From the sequence record NC_041917.1: a stretch of DNA of 64,000 bases; one strand, given 5' to 3'. Of this stretch, positions 27,533 through 37,750 are shown one piece after another. The first letter of the stretch is position 1; each line of letters opens with the position of its first letter. The translations under genes were made by a program, and so were the position numbers. The notes below the pieces were generated by a model, which was not told where the DNA came from, searched no databases, and was given only the letters and a program-made list of their open reading frames with translations.

Positions 27533-27928
27533 ATGAACAAAACGCATTCAACATCACTAAAAGCTATTACTGGTGTAATACTAATTAACAAAGACGGTGA
27601 AGATCATTTGTACTGCATTGATGATATGCAGCATACAAAGCACTTTACTATTGGTCAAATTTTCAATGCAGTACGAGTACTGTATGGTAAAGAAGTACAT
27701 GAGTACGGTAAATTATGGCCTCACTATAAAGTTGATGAGGTAGTTTCGAATGATTGGAAAGCAATTCAGTCAGCAATGGAAAGTTGCACATCAGATTATG
27801 ATTTCCTAGTTGAAGCATGTAAACAGCTTAACGAGGAAGTACCTGAGATTGTACCACGAGATAAAGTACAACAACGTTTAGAAATGTATAAAGAGACAGT
27901 AATTAAGATTGCATCTCAAGCACAATAA
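27533..27928 (+). CDS. hypothetical protein
   Basis: GAGG SD, promoter upstream. Confidence 0.75.
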   Translation: MNKTHSTSLKAITGVILINKDGEDHLYCIDDMQHTKHFTIGQIFNAVRVLYGKEVHEYGKLWPHYKVDEVVSNDWKAIQSAMESCTSDYDFLVEACKQLNEEVPEIVPRDKVQQRLEMYKETVIKIASQAQ

Positions 27929-27949
27929 TTTATTATAAAGGAATATAAT

Positions 27950-28300
27950 ATGTCAAATGGAAGCGACAACAAATTCAATATGTTCGATGGTCTAGATGTA
28001 GAAAAAACTCGTAAAGTTCTTCACGATGAAGACCATGAAACAAGTACTGGTGAAGTATCTGAAGTACCTGATGAAATTGTAAGTATTACAATGAAGACAG
28101 ATACTCGTAAGAAATATGCAGCAGCAGTTGTTGCACGTTCGCAGGAAGAATATGACACATATGTTATTGGTCATTATTTCGAAACACTAATTCATCCAGA
28201 AACTAAGCAAGAGTACCAAGTTAAAGTTACTGTACTTAAACCTGAAGTTAATCCAATGGAATTAATGCGTCCTGCATACGCTTACAGTACTAATCACTAA
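27950..28300 (+). CDS. hypothetical protein
   Basis: AAGGA SD; terminator downstream. Confidence 0.75.
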   Translation: MSNGSDNKFNMFDGLDVEKTRKVLHDEDHETSTGEVSEVPDEIVSITMKTDTRKKYAAAVVARSQEEYDTYVIGHYFETLIHPETKQEYQVKVTVLKPEVNPMELMRPAYAYSTNH

Positions 28301-28345
28301 TAATAAAAAAGGGGCTATATGCCCCTTTTCGCATAGGAAAAATAA

Positions 28346-28681
28346 ATGAGTACAGGTCAAATTGTTACGTTAGCTTATATGCTGGTAGGTATTGTAGTAA
28401 GTTTATACATTGTATTATCGTATATTCGTGGTGTATTTGAGTACATAAAACAGTTATATACGGCTAGGTATGTAAAACCAAGGGAAATTAAAATACAATT
28501 CGGCAATAGTTTACATAGTACAAATTATGAACATTGGACAATTGTAATAGGAATTTCATTTCTACTAACTATTATGCATATTTTTTGTGCATTATTTATA
28601 TGGCCTGTATTCTCTGTGTGGTTGATTAGTTATACGATACGTGTGGCACGAGAAAAGAACTTTGGTTCTGGAGATTATTAA
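28346..28681 (+). CDS. membrane protein
   Basis: Two hydrophobic segments. Confidence 0.7.
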   Translation: MSTGQIVTLAYMLVGIVVSLYIVLSYIRGVFEYIKQLYTARYVKPREIKIQFGNSLHSTNYEHWTIVIGISFLLTIMHIFCALFIWPVFSVWLISYTIRVAREKNFGSGDY

Positions 28682-29454
28682 TGTTATCAATTAAAGATTT
28701 AATAACATGTCAACGTACTTGGGATGATAAAATAAGAACAATCGCAAACATGATTGATCCTAAGTTACTATCCATTTTATCATATGAAGACATATTCAAT
28801 GACAAGTACAAGGATGATACTCTACAAGAAAAATATACAGAAATAGTTTATCCATTAATTGTAGAGTATAAAAAAGAATTTAAAGAATTAAGAGACAAAT
28901 ATCTATTGGATTATATTAATGATATGGGTAATGTACTTGATTCATTGGGCTATTATGTGGATTCAGGTGAAGAAGCAGGTAATGTACTTGATTCAATTAC
29001 TAATGATTTCATTCCATGTGTTGAAATTGAACATGTATGGAATTATGTATACAATGAACTTCAGATAGATATTCATCGACCGTTTTGGGTAAGAAGTGGA
29101 TACAGTTTAGTTGGTAATAATGAATATGTATCAGTAGAGAGTAATAGTTCTCCATCAAAATTCATTGAATACAATAGAAATAAATTTAATAGAAGTTATG
29201 GTGAAAAGCGAATAGATATATTTAAAAGATCGGTACGTCAGGCTGATGAACTATTTGATTATGATATTCATATTCAACCTCTTTCTAAATTCGAAGATGA
29301 TAAATTACCTAACAATTATAATGATGCAGTACGTAGGCATTTAATTTTACGTCATGCATTAGAAAATCAAAATTTAATAGAAGACAATGCACATTACATA
29401 TCAAAGATTACAGAAGAAGGTGAAGTGCAGTTCTTGGTAACGGGATATTTTTAA
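28681..29454 (+). CDS. hypothetical protein
   Basis: TAATG coupling. Confidence 0.75.
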   Translation: MLSIKDLITCQRTWDDKIRTIANMIDPKLLSILSYEDIFNDKYKDDTLQEKYTEIVYPLIVEYKKEFKELRDKYLLDYINDMGNVLDSLGYYVDSGEEAGNVLDSITNDFIPCVEIEHVWNYVYNELQIDIHRPFWVRSGYSLVGNNEYVSVESNSSPSKFIEYNRNKFNRSYGEKRIDIFKRSVRQADELFDYDIHIQPLSKFEDDKLPNNYNDAVRRHLILRHALENQNLIEDNAHYISKITEEGEVQFLVTGYF

Positions 29455-30239
29455 TGTTTTTAAAATTCTTTTTAACACTCAATAATTCAACAGGTAGATT
29501 GGTTGGTGGAAATTCAGGAAAAAATAAATTACTAGTTAGTACTCATAACGATCACAAAAAGGAACGGCATGAGACTATAACATTTAACAATGTACTAGAT
29601 TCATTCATGCGTTCCATTGATAATCCTACTCGTTTCGACTTCGGTCTTAATCAGACTAGAGAAATATTAATCAACATTTCTGATGAAGCAATGTTCCAAT
29701 TAGAAACATTATCTGTACCAGAAAATTGTTATTGTACCTATAATTTAAATACTAAGTTAATTGGATTTGGTAACAATATGGCTGAAGCAGAAGAAGCGAC
29801 ACAGGAAGATAATTTTGGATGGGGATACAAATCTAAAAGTTCTAATAATGATTTATTCTTTAATTATTTTGTTGAGATGCCAACAGTACTACCTTATAAA
29901 TTTACTGTACCTGATGTATTTTATGAGCAAGTACTTCAAGAACTGAAACCATATATTGTTAATGAAAAACTTCATATATTCAAAGGATTCAGTGATTTTG
30001 TACTAAAGAGCAGTAAAGAAATAACTGAGTATTTTGATAATTATTATACTGAAGTTTATGATGAATCTAAGATACGTTCATTATCACCATTTAAGAAGTC
30101 CGAGATGCGTAAAGTGATTGAATGGTTCATGGAGGATGATATTGACATTGTAGCCAATAAAGAATCCTTAGCTATTGAGTATGGTACTATAGGTATTTTG
30201 TGTAGAAAAATAATGAATGTTTCGGGTGAAACGTTCTAA
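29454..30239 (+). CDS. hypothetical protein
   Basis: TAATG coupling. Confidence 0.75.
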   Translation: MFLKFFLTLNNSTGRLVGGNSGKNKLLVSTHNDHKKERHETITFNNVLDSFMRSIDNPTRFDFGLNQTREILINISDEAMFQLETLSVPENCYCTYNLNTKLIGFGNNMAEAEEATQEDNFGWGYKSKSSNNDLFFNYFVEMPTVLPYKFTVPDVFYEQVLQELKPYIVNEKLHIFKGFSDFVLKSSKEITEYFDNYYTEVYDESKIRSLSPFKKSEMRKVIEWFMEDDIDIVANKESLAIEYGTIGILCRKIMNVSGETF

Positions 30240-30260
30240 AAAAATGTGTTATAATATATA

Positions 30261-30287
30261 GGACAGCAAGATAAGCTGTCCTTTTTT
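30261..30287 (+). terminator. intrinsic terminator
   Basis: GGACAGC-AAGATAA-GCTGTCC-TTTTTT. Confidence 0.75.
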
Positions 30288-30920
30288 AATTGAGAAAAAC
30301 TCTGAATGGCCTTGTTAAACAAGGAAGTTTTAACCCTGATCCTATCGAAAAGTAGATGGCAGATGAGTAGATCATTCAGTACGAACAGCAAAAGAAACCC
30401 GTTAGAAGTACGTGCAGTCAATCAAATGCGACATAAGACACTGAGATCACGGCAATGCGGCTGTATAAAGCATGACAGTACTACATAAGTTCATGCCTAG
30501 ATAGACATATAGGATCGCACCTACCTAATGTATAAGGGAGTCAAAAAAATGCGATTGATTTATTACAATATAGATCCGTCCAGAATTTGACAAGTACTGA
30601 AGCTGTTCATGTAGCTTTTGTACTAAGTGTAGTAAGACTACGACCGTTGTATAGAACCGCGATAGGGAGAAACCGGACAACCCGCTTCCGCTCAATTAAG
30701 AAATTCGTGACATGAAATTGCTATGACTATCATCGTCAGTTTTATTCTTCCCTCCCGATGGGGGGATGAAAATGCATCAACAAATCTCGTCAGTACTATT
30801 AAGTAAGTAACTATAAAATGTAAATTCAGAATGAACGTAGTGCTAACGAAGTTCAGAATGAATTTACTGGAACATCGCAAGATGTTCCTTGTATAATGAG
30901 AATCAGCAAAGTACTGATTC
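30286..30920 (+). ncRNA. candidate large structured ncRNA, family unassigned
   Basis: ~650 nt without a credible long ORF; many helices including a GNRA hairpin at 30869-30888. Confidence 0.5.
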
Positions 30921-30939
30921 TATGTAAAGTGAGATGTAA

Positions 30940-31467
30940 ATGAAAGTTGTATACAAATGCAAAAATACGGACACAGTACTTGATTCCGTAGATATGAGTA
31001 CGTTTAATGGTTATATTATTCAAGTGGAGAAAGGAAACAAAATCAGCAATATTACAGAGGTTTATAAGAATGTAGTACTTGCTAAGATTAGTTTACGTCC
31101 CTCCAAAACACCACTCATACACAAAGTTGAATACAATGGTCATATAGAATACCGTTACAATAACAACAATGTTAGTAGTGTTTATTATGAATTTAATGAT
31201 AAAAAATATGGAGAGTACTTAAAATTTGATTTGAATGGAATACTTTTGGATAGGATTTTCTATTACGAAGGAAAGGATGTAACTTCAGATATAATTCAAT
31301 TTCTTGGTTACACTGATGATTTATCTTCATTTAAGAATTATGAATTTAAAGAAGATGAACTGTTTAACATCATGATGAAGTACGGTTTTTATTTTAGATT
31401 TCGCAATGAATCGGAACGGGATAGTTCTGAATTTGACCGTATCACAGAGTACTGTCAACACATATAA
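30940..31467 (+). CDS. hypothetical protein
   Basis: ORF track. Confidence 0.75.
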   Translation: MKVVYKCKNTDTVLDSVDMSTFNGYIIQVEKGNKISNITEVYKNVVLAKISLRPSKTPLIHKVEYNGHIEYRYNNNNVSSVYYEFNDKKYGEYLKFDLNGILLDRIFYYEGKDVTSDIIQFLGYTDDLSSFKNYEFKEDELFNIMMKYGFYFRFRNESERDSSEFDRITEYCQHI

Positions 31468-31475
31468 GGAAATAT

Positions 31476-32015
31476 ATGGAAGATAATGAAAAACAACAAT
31501 CAGTACATTTTAGTTCTGCATCTAATACATGGGATACTCCTGATGAATTTTATCAGAAACTAAATGCTGTTTGGAATTTCACATTAGATCCTGCTGCAAT
31601 GGCAGAAACAGCTAAATGTGAAAAGTACTATACACCTGAAACTGATGGATTAGCTCACTCATGGAGTGGTGAAACTGTTTGGTGTAATCCCCCTTATGGT
31701 CGTGAAATAAAGAAATGGTTTAAAAAGTTCGATGAAGAATTCAAAGAAAATGGAACTACTATTATTGCATTACCACCAGCAAGAACAGATACTTTGTACT
31801 TTCACAAGTACGTACAAGAATCAGCAACAGCAATATGCTTTGTAAAAGGCCGATTAAAATTTGACAATAGAAATCTTCCTTCATGGACAGAAGACGGTTC
31901 TCATAAAAAATCTGGTGCACCTTTTCCTAGTATGCTTGTTATATATGATAATGATTTAACAGACGATAAAATTAAAGTACTACAAGAATTAGGTTTCGTA
32001 GTGCGTCCTTGGTAA
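31476..32015 (+). CDS. phage DNA N6-adenine methyltransferase (small Dam-phage family)
   Basis: WDTP..F..LDPAA..DGL..SW..VWCNPPYG..K.W..PARTDT..F. Confidence 0.9.
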   Translation: MEDNEKQQSVHFSSASNTWDTPDEFYQKLNAVWNFTLDPAAMAETAKCEKYYTPETDGLAHSWSGETVWCNPPYGREIKKWFKKFDEEFKENGTTIIALPPARTDTLYFHKYVQESATAICFVKGRLKFDNRNLPSWTEDGSHKKSGAPFPSMLVIYDNDLTDDKIKVLQELGFVVRPW

Positions 32016-32021
32016 TTACTT

Positions 32022-32573
32022 ATGAATAAAACTTGTATAATGATGTATGGGAGAATGAATCCAGTACATTTAGGTCATGGCTTATTATTTGATGTATGTT
32101 TAAGTACCATGAATCAAATACCAAATTCTGAAATACGAATTTACATGAGCACTACTGTAGATAGTATAAGTAATCCTATTCCTCATTGTTTTAAAATGAA
32201 TATGGTTCAAGATTACTTTCCAAGTATTTTTCCTTATATGCAACAGGCACAAGAAGGAACATTATTTGGTACATTAGAAAAGATAGATACTGAGTTTGAT
32301 AATTTAGTACTAGTATGTGGTGAAGATAGATATGAACATTTTAATAATGTACTTCACAAATATAATGGTACTTTATATGAATTTGATGAATTATCTGTTC
32401 GCACTTATGGTGGTCCTCGTGAGTATAATAAGTACAGTGCTACAAATTTGAGACAGGCTATACGAGATAATAATTACAAGGAATTTTGTACCTTCTTGCC
32501 TAATAGGGGTGAAGCTATGAATGAGAAGTACTACGAAATTATTTCTCATTTTATGGGAGTAAACAACTATTGA
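32022..32573 (+). CDS. cytidylyltransferase-like (HxGH) protein
   Basis: GRMNPVHLGH, GEDR, SAT..R motifs. Confidence 0.8.
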   Translation: MNKTCIMMYGRMNPVHLGHGLLFDVCLSTMNQIPNSEIRIYMSTTVDSISNPIPHCFKMNMVQDYFPSIFPYMQQAQEGTLFGTLEKIDTEFDNLVLVCGEDRYEHFNNVLHKYNGTLYEFDELSVRTYGGPREYNKYSATNLRQAIRDNNYKEFCTFLPNRGEAMNEKYYEIISHFMGVNNY

Positions 32574-32854
32574 TGCTTTATAAATTGAATCAAATGTTTT
32601 GGGATGAGAATGAAAGTACTGGTTATAGGCATGTTAGTGTTGAATATAATGGTCGTGTACTAATGGCTGTAACCGCCCACAACGTGTCAAAGGTGTGGTC
32701 ATCTAGGATTATTCCAATGGGATTTTCATTTGAACTGGATGAGGTAGAAGCGTTTTCAGGACTATTTGAAGTACTTCCTTCGTTGATGAAATTCATGTGT
32801 ACTGAATCATTAAGTTCAGAAGAAATGCAGAATTTTCTCTTGACAATCCAGTAA
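32573..32854 (+). CDS. hypothetical protein
   Basis: TGATG coupling. Confidence 0.7.
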   Translation: MLYKLNQMFWDENESTGYRHVSVEYNGRVLMAVTAHNVSKVWSSRIIPMGFSFELDEVEAFSGLFEVLPSLMKFMCTESLSSEEMQNFLLTIQ

Positions 32855-32900
32855 AAGTATTATACAATCTATGAACAACAAAAATTAAGAAGGTAAATGA

Positions 32901-33482
32901 ATGAGCAGTTTAATGACCAAAACTTTTGCTAAGTACTTGCGTTTAGGAATCACACCTAGACCAGTTCGTGGTAATTGGAAAGATGGCGATTACATGTATA
33001 GCATCTATCATGGTGATGTTCAGTACGCCATTGATGATACTGGAGACTATGAGATTGACCACGATGTTGATTATATCTTAGATTGTTTACAATCTAGAGC
33101 AACAATTATTGATCGTAATCACAAATTGATTAGTGAAATCTATGAGCATCTAATGGGTGTACTAGACACTGATATTTGGGTACGAGTTGGTGTAGGTATG
33201 CAGCTTAATGTTGTTTTTGGTTCAGTGGATGGAGAAATTGCTACGTTCATGATGGACTTTGAAGATATGGAAGCATTCAATAAGTTAGTTGAAGAAATCA
33301 AAGCTCAAATCTTGGAAGAAACAAATAAAGAACCGATAGTTGAACAATCAGACTATTTTACTTTAATCTTACATAACCGTGTGGATATTAAATTGTTCAA
33401 AGGTTACTATAACCCAAAAGTTCGTATCCATTTTATGGATGAGTTCGAAGATGATGACGGAGATGATGATGAAGAAGACTGA
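32901..33482 (+). CDS. hypothetical protein with acidic tail
   Basis: ORF track, AAGG SD. Confidence 0.75.
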   Translation: MSSLMTKTFAKYLRLGITPRPVRGNWKDGDYMYSIYHGDVQYAIDDTGDYEIDHDVDYILDCLQSRATIIDRNHKLISEIYEHLMGVLDTDIWVRVGVGMQLNVVFGSVDGEIATFMMDFEDMEAFNKLVEEIKAQILEETNKEPIVEQSDYFTLILHNRVDIKLFKGYYNPKVRIHFMDEFEDDDGDDDEED

Positions 33483-34167
33483 TTACACAAAATTACGTAC
33501 TAAGATCCTTGGAATTATTGAGGGTCTAACGATGTTTGATAGTAAGTACTTTAACGTTCGCCGTGCCTTAGTGTATGCAGAACATGTACATTGCAATCAA
33601 CGCCGAGATGGTACTCCTGAATTTTCACATCAACTTGAAATGCTTTCTCTAGCATTGAGTTTGCATAACTCTCTATTGAAACCATATGAAGTTTATATGG
33701 CTATTATCATTCATGATACAATTGAGGATTATCCACATACTCAACCAGAACTGGCTCAGATGTTTCCTGATGTAGTTAATTATAGTCGAATCTTATCTAA
33801 ATTTAATGATTCAGATTTAAGCACGTACTATAATTATTTTGCACAAATTGCAGCATGTGAAGTGTGTTCTGTTGTAAAATTGATTGACCGTATTCATAAT
33901 CTTAGTACTGCACCTGGTGTATTCAGCACTGCAAAGATTGGAGAGTACTGTGACGAGGTAGATATGTATTTCCTTAGTATGATGCATATTGCAAAAAGTA
34001 ATTTCAATCAACGAGAAGTATATGAAGTACTTAAATTTATTCTTCAAAATGAAGTCCGTACTATTCGTGCATTTTTACGTTTAGCGGAAGCAAAGGAAGA
34101 AGAAGAACGTAAGACAGTCAGTGCATCTGAATTAGTCCAACGTCTAAAAAGGAATGAACGAAAATGA
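33469..34167 (+). CDS. stand-alone RelA/SpoT-type HD hydrolase (SAH/Mesh1-like)
   Basis: H.NQRRDG.P..SH, IIHDTIED, VKLIDRIHNL; start moved to ~33469. Confidence 0.85.
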   Translation: MKKTDYTKLRTKILGIIEGLTMFDSKYFNVRRALVYAEHVHCNQRRDGTPEFSHQLEMLSLALSLHNSLLKPYEVYMAIIIHDTIEDYPHTQPELAQMFPDVVNYSRILSKFNDSDLSTYYNYFAQIAACEVCSVVKLIDRIHNLSTAPGVFSTAKIGEYCDEVDMYFLSMMHIAKSNFNQREVYEVLKFILQNEVRTIRAFLRLAEAKEEEERKTVSASELVQRLKRNERK

Positions 34168-35219
34168 GTTTTGAAAAACAACGTAATATTATTACACGTA
34201 CACTAGGCGAAGATAATATTCGCCTTTTAACTACCACTAAAGCTATTTTAGCAGGTGGTGCAATAACTTCTATCTTTAGTGGGAAAGACATTAATGATTT
34301 TGACATTTACTTTCGTAGAATAGAAGATTTAATTACATTTATTCGTAATGCTTATTGTGATGAAGATAATCTATCTGATGAAGAATTTGTAGATTTAGCA
34401 CCATTTTCATTAATATGTACAAGCTATACTAATCGTAGTATTACTTTTAATGTTGATGAATTAAAGATTCAATTAATTCATTTTGATTATTTTGATTCTA
34501 TTCAGAAAATTTTTGATAGTTATGATTTCCATCATAACATGGGAGCATATGATTTCAGTACTTCAGAGTTTGTTCTGGATGAGCATTTCTTAACAGATAT
34601 TGCAGAACGTAGACTTACTTTTAATGCAGGTACTAAGTACCCAATTATGAGTACTTTGCGTGTTTCCAAATATGTTGATCGTGGATATAAGATTTCTAAG
34701 AAGGAAATGTTCAAGATTGCACTAGCAGTTGCTAAACTAAACATTGAATCATGGGAAGAATTAGAAGATCAGCTAAGTGGTTTTTATGGAATTGATGTTC
34801 GTAAAATGTTTGATAAGACGCAAGAATTTAGTATTGATACTGCTATTGAAATGCTAGATTTAGTTGAAGAATTACCAGAGCAAAGTACTGATATTCATCC
34901 TACATTGAAAGATCTTCTATTTAATATTGAAGGTTCTCCGATTAAAGATCAACGTATCTTTTTCAAACAAGTACAAGATAACGGGATAAATTTTGTGTCT
35001 TTACATAGTGGAACTGAAACATTTGGTACAGATCAAATAACCGCATGTGATGGGATGGCAGTATATTGTACTTTTGAAGAAGCGAACAGTACATATTTCT
35101 TCAGAAAAAATTTCCATATTGCTATTTTGCAATTAGTGGAAGGTGAAGTTGAAATGAAGGGTGATAGTCTAGTACTTACTGGTGCAGTAAAACTTTTGGG
35201 AACAAAGGAGCCAACTTAA
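34164..35219 (+). CDS. nucleotidyltransferase (tRNA-NT/poly(A) polymerase-like head)
   Basis: LAGGAITS..INDFDIYF..FDSYDF. Confidence 0.75.
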   Translation: MSFEKQRNIITRTLGEDNIRLLTTTKAILAGGAITSIFSGKDINDFDIYFRRIEDLITFIRNAYCDEDNLSDEEFVDLAPFSLICTSYTNRSITFNVDELKIQLIHFDYFDSIQKIFDSYDFHHNMGAYDFSTSEFVLDEHFLTDIAERRLTFNAGTKYPIMSTLRVSKYVDRGYKISKKEMFKIALAVAKLNIESWEELEDQLSGFYGIDVRKMFDKTQEFSIDTAIEMLDLVEELPEQSTDIHPTLKDLLFNIEGSPIKDQRIFFKQVQDNGINFVSLHSGTETFGTDQITACDGMAVYCTFEEANSTYFFRKNFHIAILQLVEGEVEMKGDSLVLTGAVKLLGTKEPT

Positions 35220-35386
35220 TGTGGTACTTAGAAGTTTGTCAAGATAATTCAGAAACATCGTATGAAACGGTGTTTACTGGATTATATAATACAAAGAAAG
35301 AAGCAGAGGATGAAGGAGCTACTTGGTTTAGGGGTTTAAAGATTATTAAATTCGTACCAATTAGGTCTGAAACCAAAACAGTTTAA
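35219..35386 (+). CDS. small hypothetical protein
   Basis: TAATG coupling, GGAG SD. Confidence 0.55.
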   Translation: MWYLEVCQDNSETSYETVFTGLYNTKKEAEDEGATWFRGLKIIKFVPIRSETKTV

Positions 35387-35427
35387 GGGAGTAATGTAGC
35401 AAGTTTATTCACAAGGAGTGTGGAGCG

Positions 35428-36159
35428 ATGGTAGATCGTATTAAATTTGCAACTGAAATGGCGAACGAGTTGAACATGGCTAATTTTCAGTCTTTAACAT
35501 CCGTAATGGCAGAATACGCAACTGCTGGTGCGGTAGATGGTGTTCAATGTGGTCAAGCTAATATGTTAGCTGATGTATATAGTACTTTAAGTAGTACACA
35601 ATATTCAGTAAAAACATATAAGGATGACTTTGTTTCGTTATATATGAACGGTGTAGTTCAAGAAGAACGTAGATATACTGATCCAATTATTGAACGTAGA
35701 GTAGCGGGTGTTTCTGATCCTAATGGAGAACCGCATATTGTACTTCAGGAAGTACTTCAAGATATTCGTGAGAATGAAGAAAAGAGTAAAGACTTTTACA
35801 GTGTGCAAAACACTGAGACTGTATTACTTGGATATAGTGAAGATGATCAATATTTCTATTTTAGATTGACCGAAATGCCATATGAATATGAACCTCCTGC
35901 TATAGTAGATGTAAAATACTTTACGGATCGTAGCAAGAACTTTAATAAACATGTTGGTAACCGTACATCAATTGTTGGTTTCAATGAAGATGGTATTCAG
36001 ATTTATGAATGGGTACATCCTAATAACCAAACATACACGAGATGTTTGAAGAAGCGTTATTGTTTAGAAGATGCTGATTCATTCTATTTCAAAATAGAAA
36101 AACAATCATATTCACGTCCTGATAATTCAGTACTAATGGGTATGGTTCATATTTGCTAA
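35428..36159 (+). CDS. hypothetical protein
   Basis: GGAG SD. Confidence 0.75.
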   Translation: MVDRIKFATEMANELNMANFQSLTSVMAEYATAGAVDGVQCGQANMLADVYSTLSSTQYSVKTYKDDFVSLYMNGVVQEERRYTDPIIERRVAGVSDPNGEPHIVLQEVLQDIRENEEKSKDFYSVQNTETVLLGYSEDDQYFYFRLTEMPYEYEPPAIVDVKYFTDRSKNFNKHVGNRTSIVGFNEDGIQIYEWVHPNNQTYTRCLKKRYCLEDADSFYFKIEKQSYSRPDNSVLMGMVHIC

Positions 36160-36206
36160 CTAAAATGCCCTGATAGTATCGGGGCATTATTTTATCTGGA
36201 ATATTC

Positions 36207-36500
36207 ATGATAGATTTAAACAAAACGGATTATGTAACTATACTAATAGAGGCAGCTAAAATTCTGGATGGAACTTTAGTACAAAAACCTACTGGTGAAG
36301 TAATTTATACATTAGAAACTGAAAAACCCAATAAAACATATACTTATAATGATTGGGGTAGATATGAAAAAGAATACGGAATGGTTTACTTGAAGCATGA
36401 AAATGGTGTATACTATTCTTATCCAAAGAATAAAATGTTAAAAGTTACGATTTACAAGTACGATTTACAAAAATATATTGACGAAACGTGCGAATATTGA
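36207..36500 (+). CDS. hypothetical protein
   Basis: ORF track. Confidence 0.7.
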   Translation: MIDLNKTDYVTILIEAAKILDGTLVQKPTGEVIYTLETEKPNKTYTYNDWGRYEKEYGMVYLKHENGVYYSYPKNKMLKVTIYKYDLQKYIDETCEY

Positions 36501-36561
36501 TTGACATGGGCTGTCAATCGGTGATATGATGTGCATCTACTTAATTACGAGAGATAAAGAA

Positions 36562-37722
36562 ATGACTAATAAAACCAGTACAGAAATCATGTTTGATGAT
36601 CTGATGACCTTGACTGCAAAAAACGATGCGTTTATGTGGAAAGACTTCACCTCTGTAGGTGGTGGTACTTTTCGTATCTTCTCTTATCGTCTTGCGAGTT
36701 ATTCTGACTTTTTAGAGCGAAATGCTTTAGAATGTCGTGGCAGTATGTTCCTAATTAATGAAGATTGTACATATAATCGTGTTGCATCTCGGACTCCACA
36801 AAAGTTCTTTAATGCATATGAAAATCCGTTCACTATGTATGATAAAAGTATTCTTAGTAATGAGATTGCGATTGTTATGGATAAGCTTGACGGTTCTATT
36901 ATTAGTACTTTCATGGATGTAGATTATATTGTCCGTACTAAATCACATGCATCTTTAAATTCTGATCATGCTTTAAACAGTACTGCATTGCTTCATAAAG
37001 ATAAAGAATTTTACGAAGAAGTATATCAGGCAGAAATTTGCGGATATACGGTTAATATGGAGTATACATCTCCAGAGTTTCGTATTGTTCTTCCATATCA
37101 AGAAGATGGTTTAACAGTATTAAATTTACGTCATCGCCATGATGGAACGTTGTTAATCGGTAAAGAATTGGAAGCTACATTCCCATTACTTTATGCCAGT
37201 TCTGTATTTGCGAAGTACGGTGAAATTGACAGTACTTTTCCAATGCGTGAAACATTGTATGAAAGTATTGAAGCAGTTCGCTCTATGACTGACATTGAGG
37301 GATATGTATTGATCCTTAAAGATGGTCGTATGTGCAAGATTAAAACTGATTGGTACAGTGCATTACATTTTACTAAGGATAGTATTAATGTTGATTCTCG
37401 TCTGTACGAAGCAGTAATTAATGGTGGTTCTGACGATTTAAAACAAATGTTCGGTACTGATTTGTACAGTATGAAAAAGATTGAAAAAATGGAACAGCTT
37501 GTTTTTTCTTGCTATAATAAGCTAGTACATGATGTTGAAACGTTTGTAGAAGCGAACAAACACATGGAACGAAAAGACTATGCTTTAAAAGTTCAGGCAG
37601 AATTACCAAATGAGCTTGGAAAACCAGGTCTAGCATTTAGTCTTTATAATTCTAAGCCCGTAGATTATAAAGGTACGATGTTAAAATACATGAAGGAAGT
37701 CCTTAAAGATTTCGAAGTTTAA
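36562..37722 (+). CDS. rnlA: T4-like RNA ligase 1
   Basis: ECRG..F, KFFNAYEN, MDKLDGSII, EGYV, KIKTDWY. Confidence 0.92.
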   Translation: MTNKTSTEIMFDDLMTLTAKNDAFMWKDFTSVGGGTFRIFSYRLASYSDFLERNALECRGSMFLINEDCTYNRVASRTPQKFFNAYENPFTMYDKSILSNEIAIVMDKLDGSIISTFMDVDYIVRTKSHASLNSDHALNSTALLHKDKEFYEEVYQAEICGYTVNMEYTSPEFRIVLPYQEDGLTVLNLRHRHDGTLLIGKELEATFPLLYASSVFAKYGEIDSTFPMRETLYESIEAVRSMTDIEGYVLILKDGRMCKIKTDWYSALHFTKDSINVDSRLYEAVINGGSDDLKQMFGTDLYSMKKIEKMEQLVFSCYNKLVHDVETFVEANKHMERKDYALKVQAELPNELGKPGLAFSLYNSKPVDYKGTMLKYMKEVLKDFEV

Positions 37723-37750
37723 GGACGTAATAGCCTAACAAGGAGTAGTG

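Noticed and set aside
28927-28994. 18-nt direct repeat GGTAATGTACTTGATTCA (GNVLDS twice)
   Set aside because: An in-frame intragenic duplication with no further structure.
30599-30627. AAGC..TGTAGCTTT..ACTAAG resembling the NAD-gene leader
   Set aside because: The loop is longer, and there is no SD hairpin and no downstream ORF; likely coincidental.
30286-30920. Group I intron, tmRNA or RNase P identity for the large non-coding region
   Set aside because: An AGACTA occurs at about 30635, but I found no matching P7 partner and no interrupted host gene. It has no tRNA-like ends and no RNase P GAGGAAAGUC motif. The 60-aa ORFs inside lack an SD.
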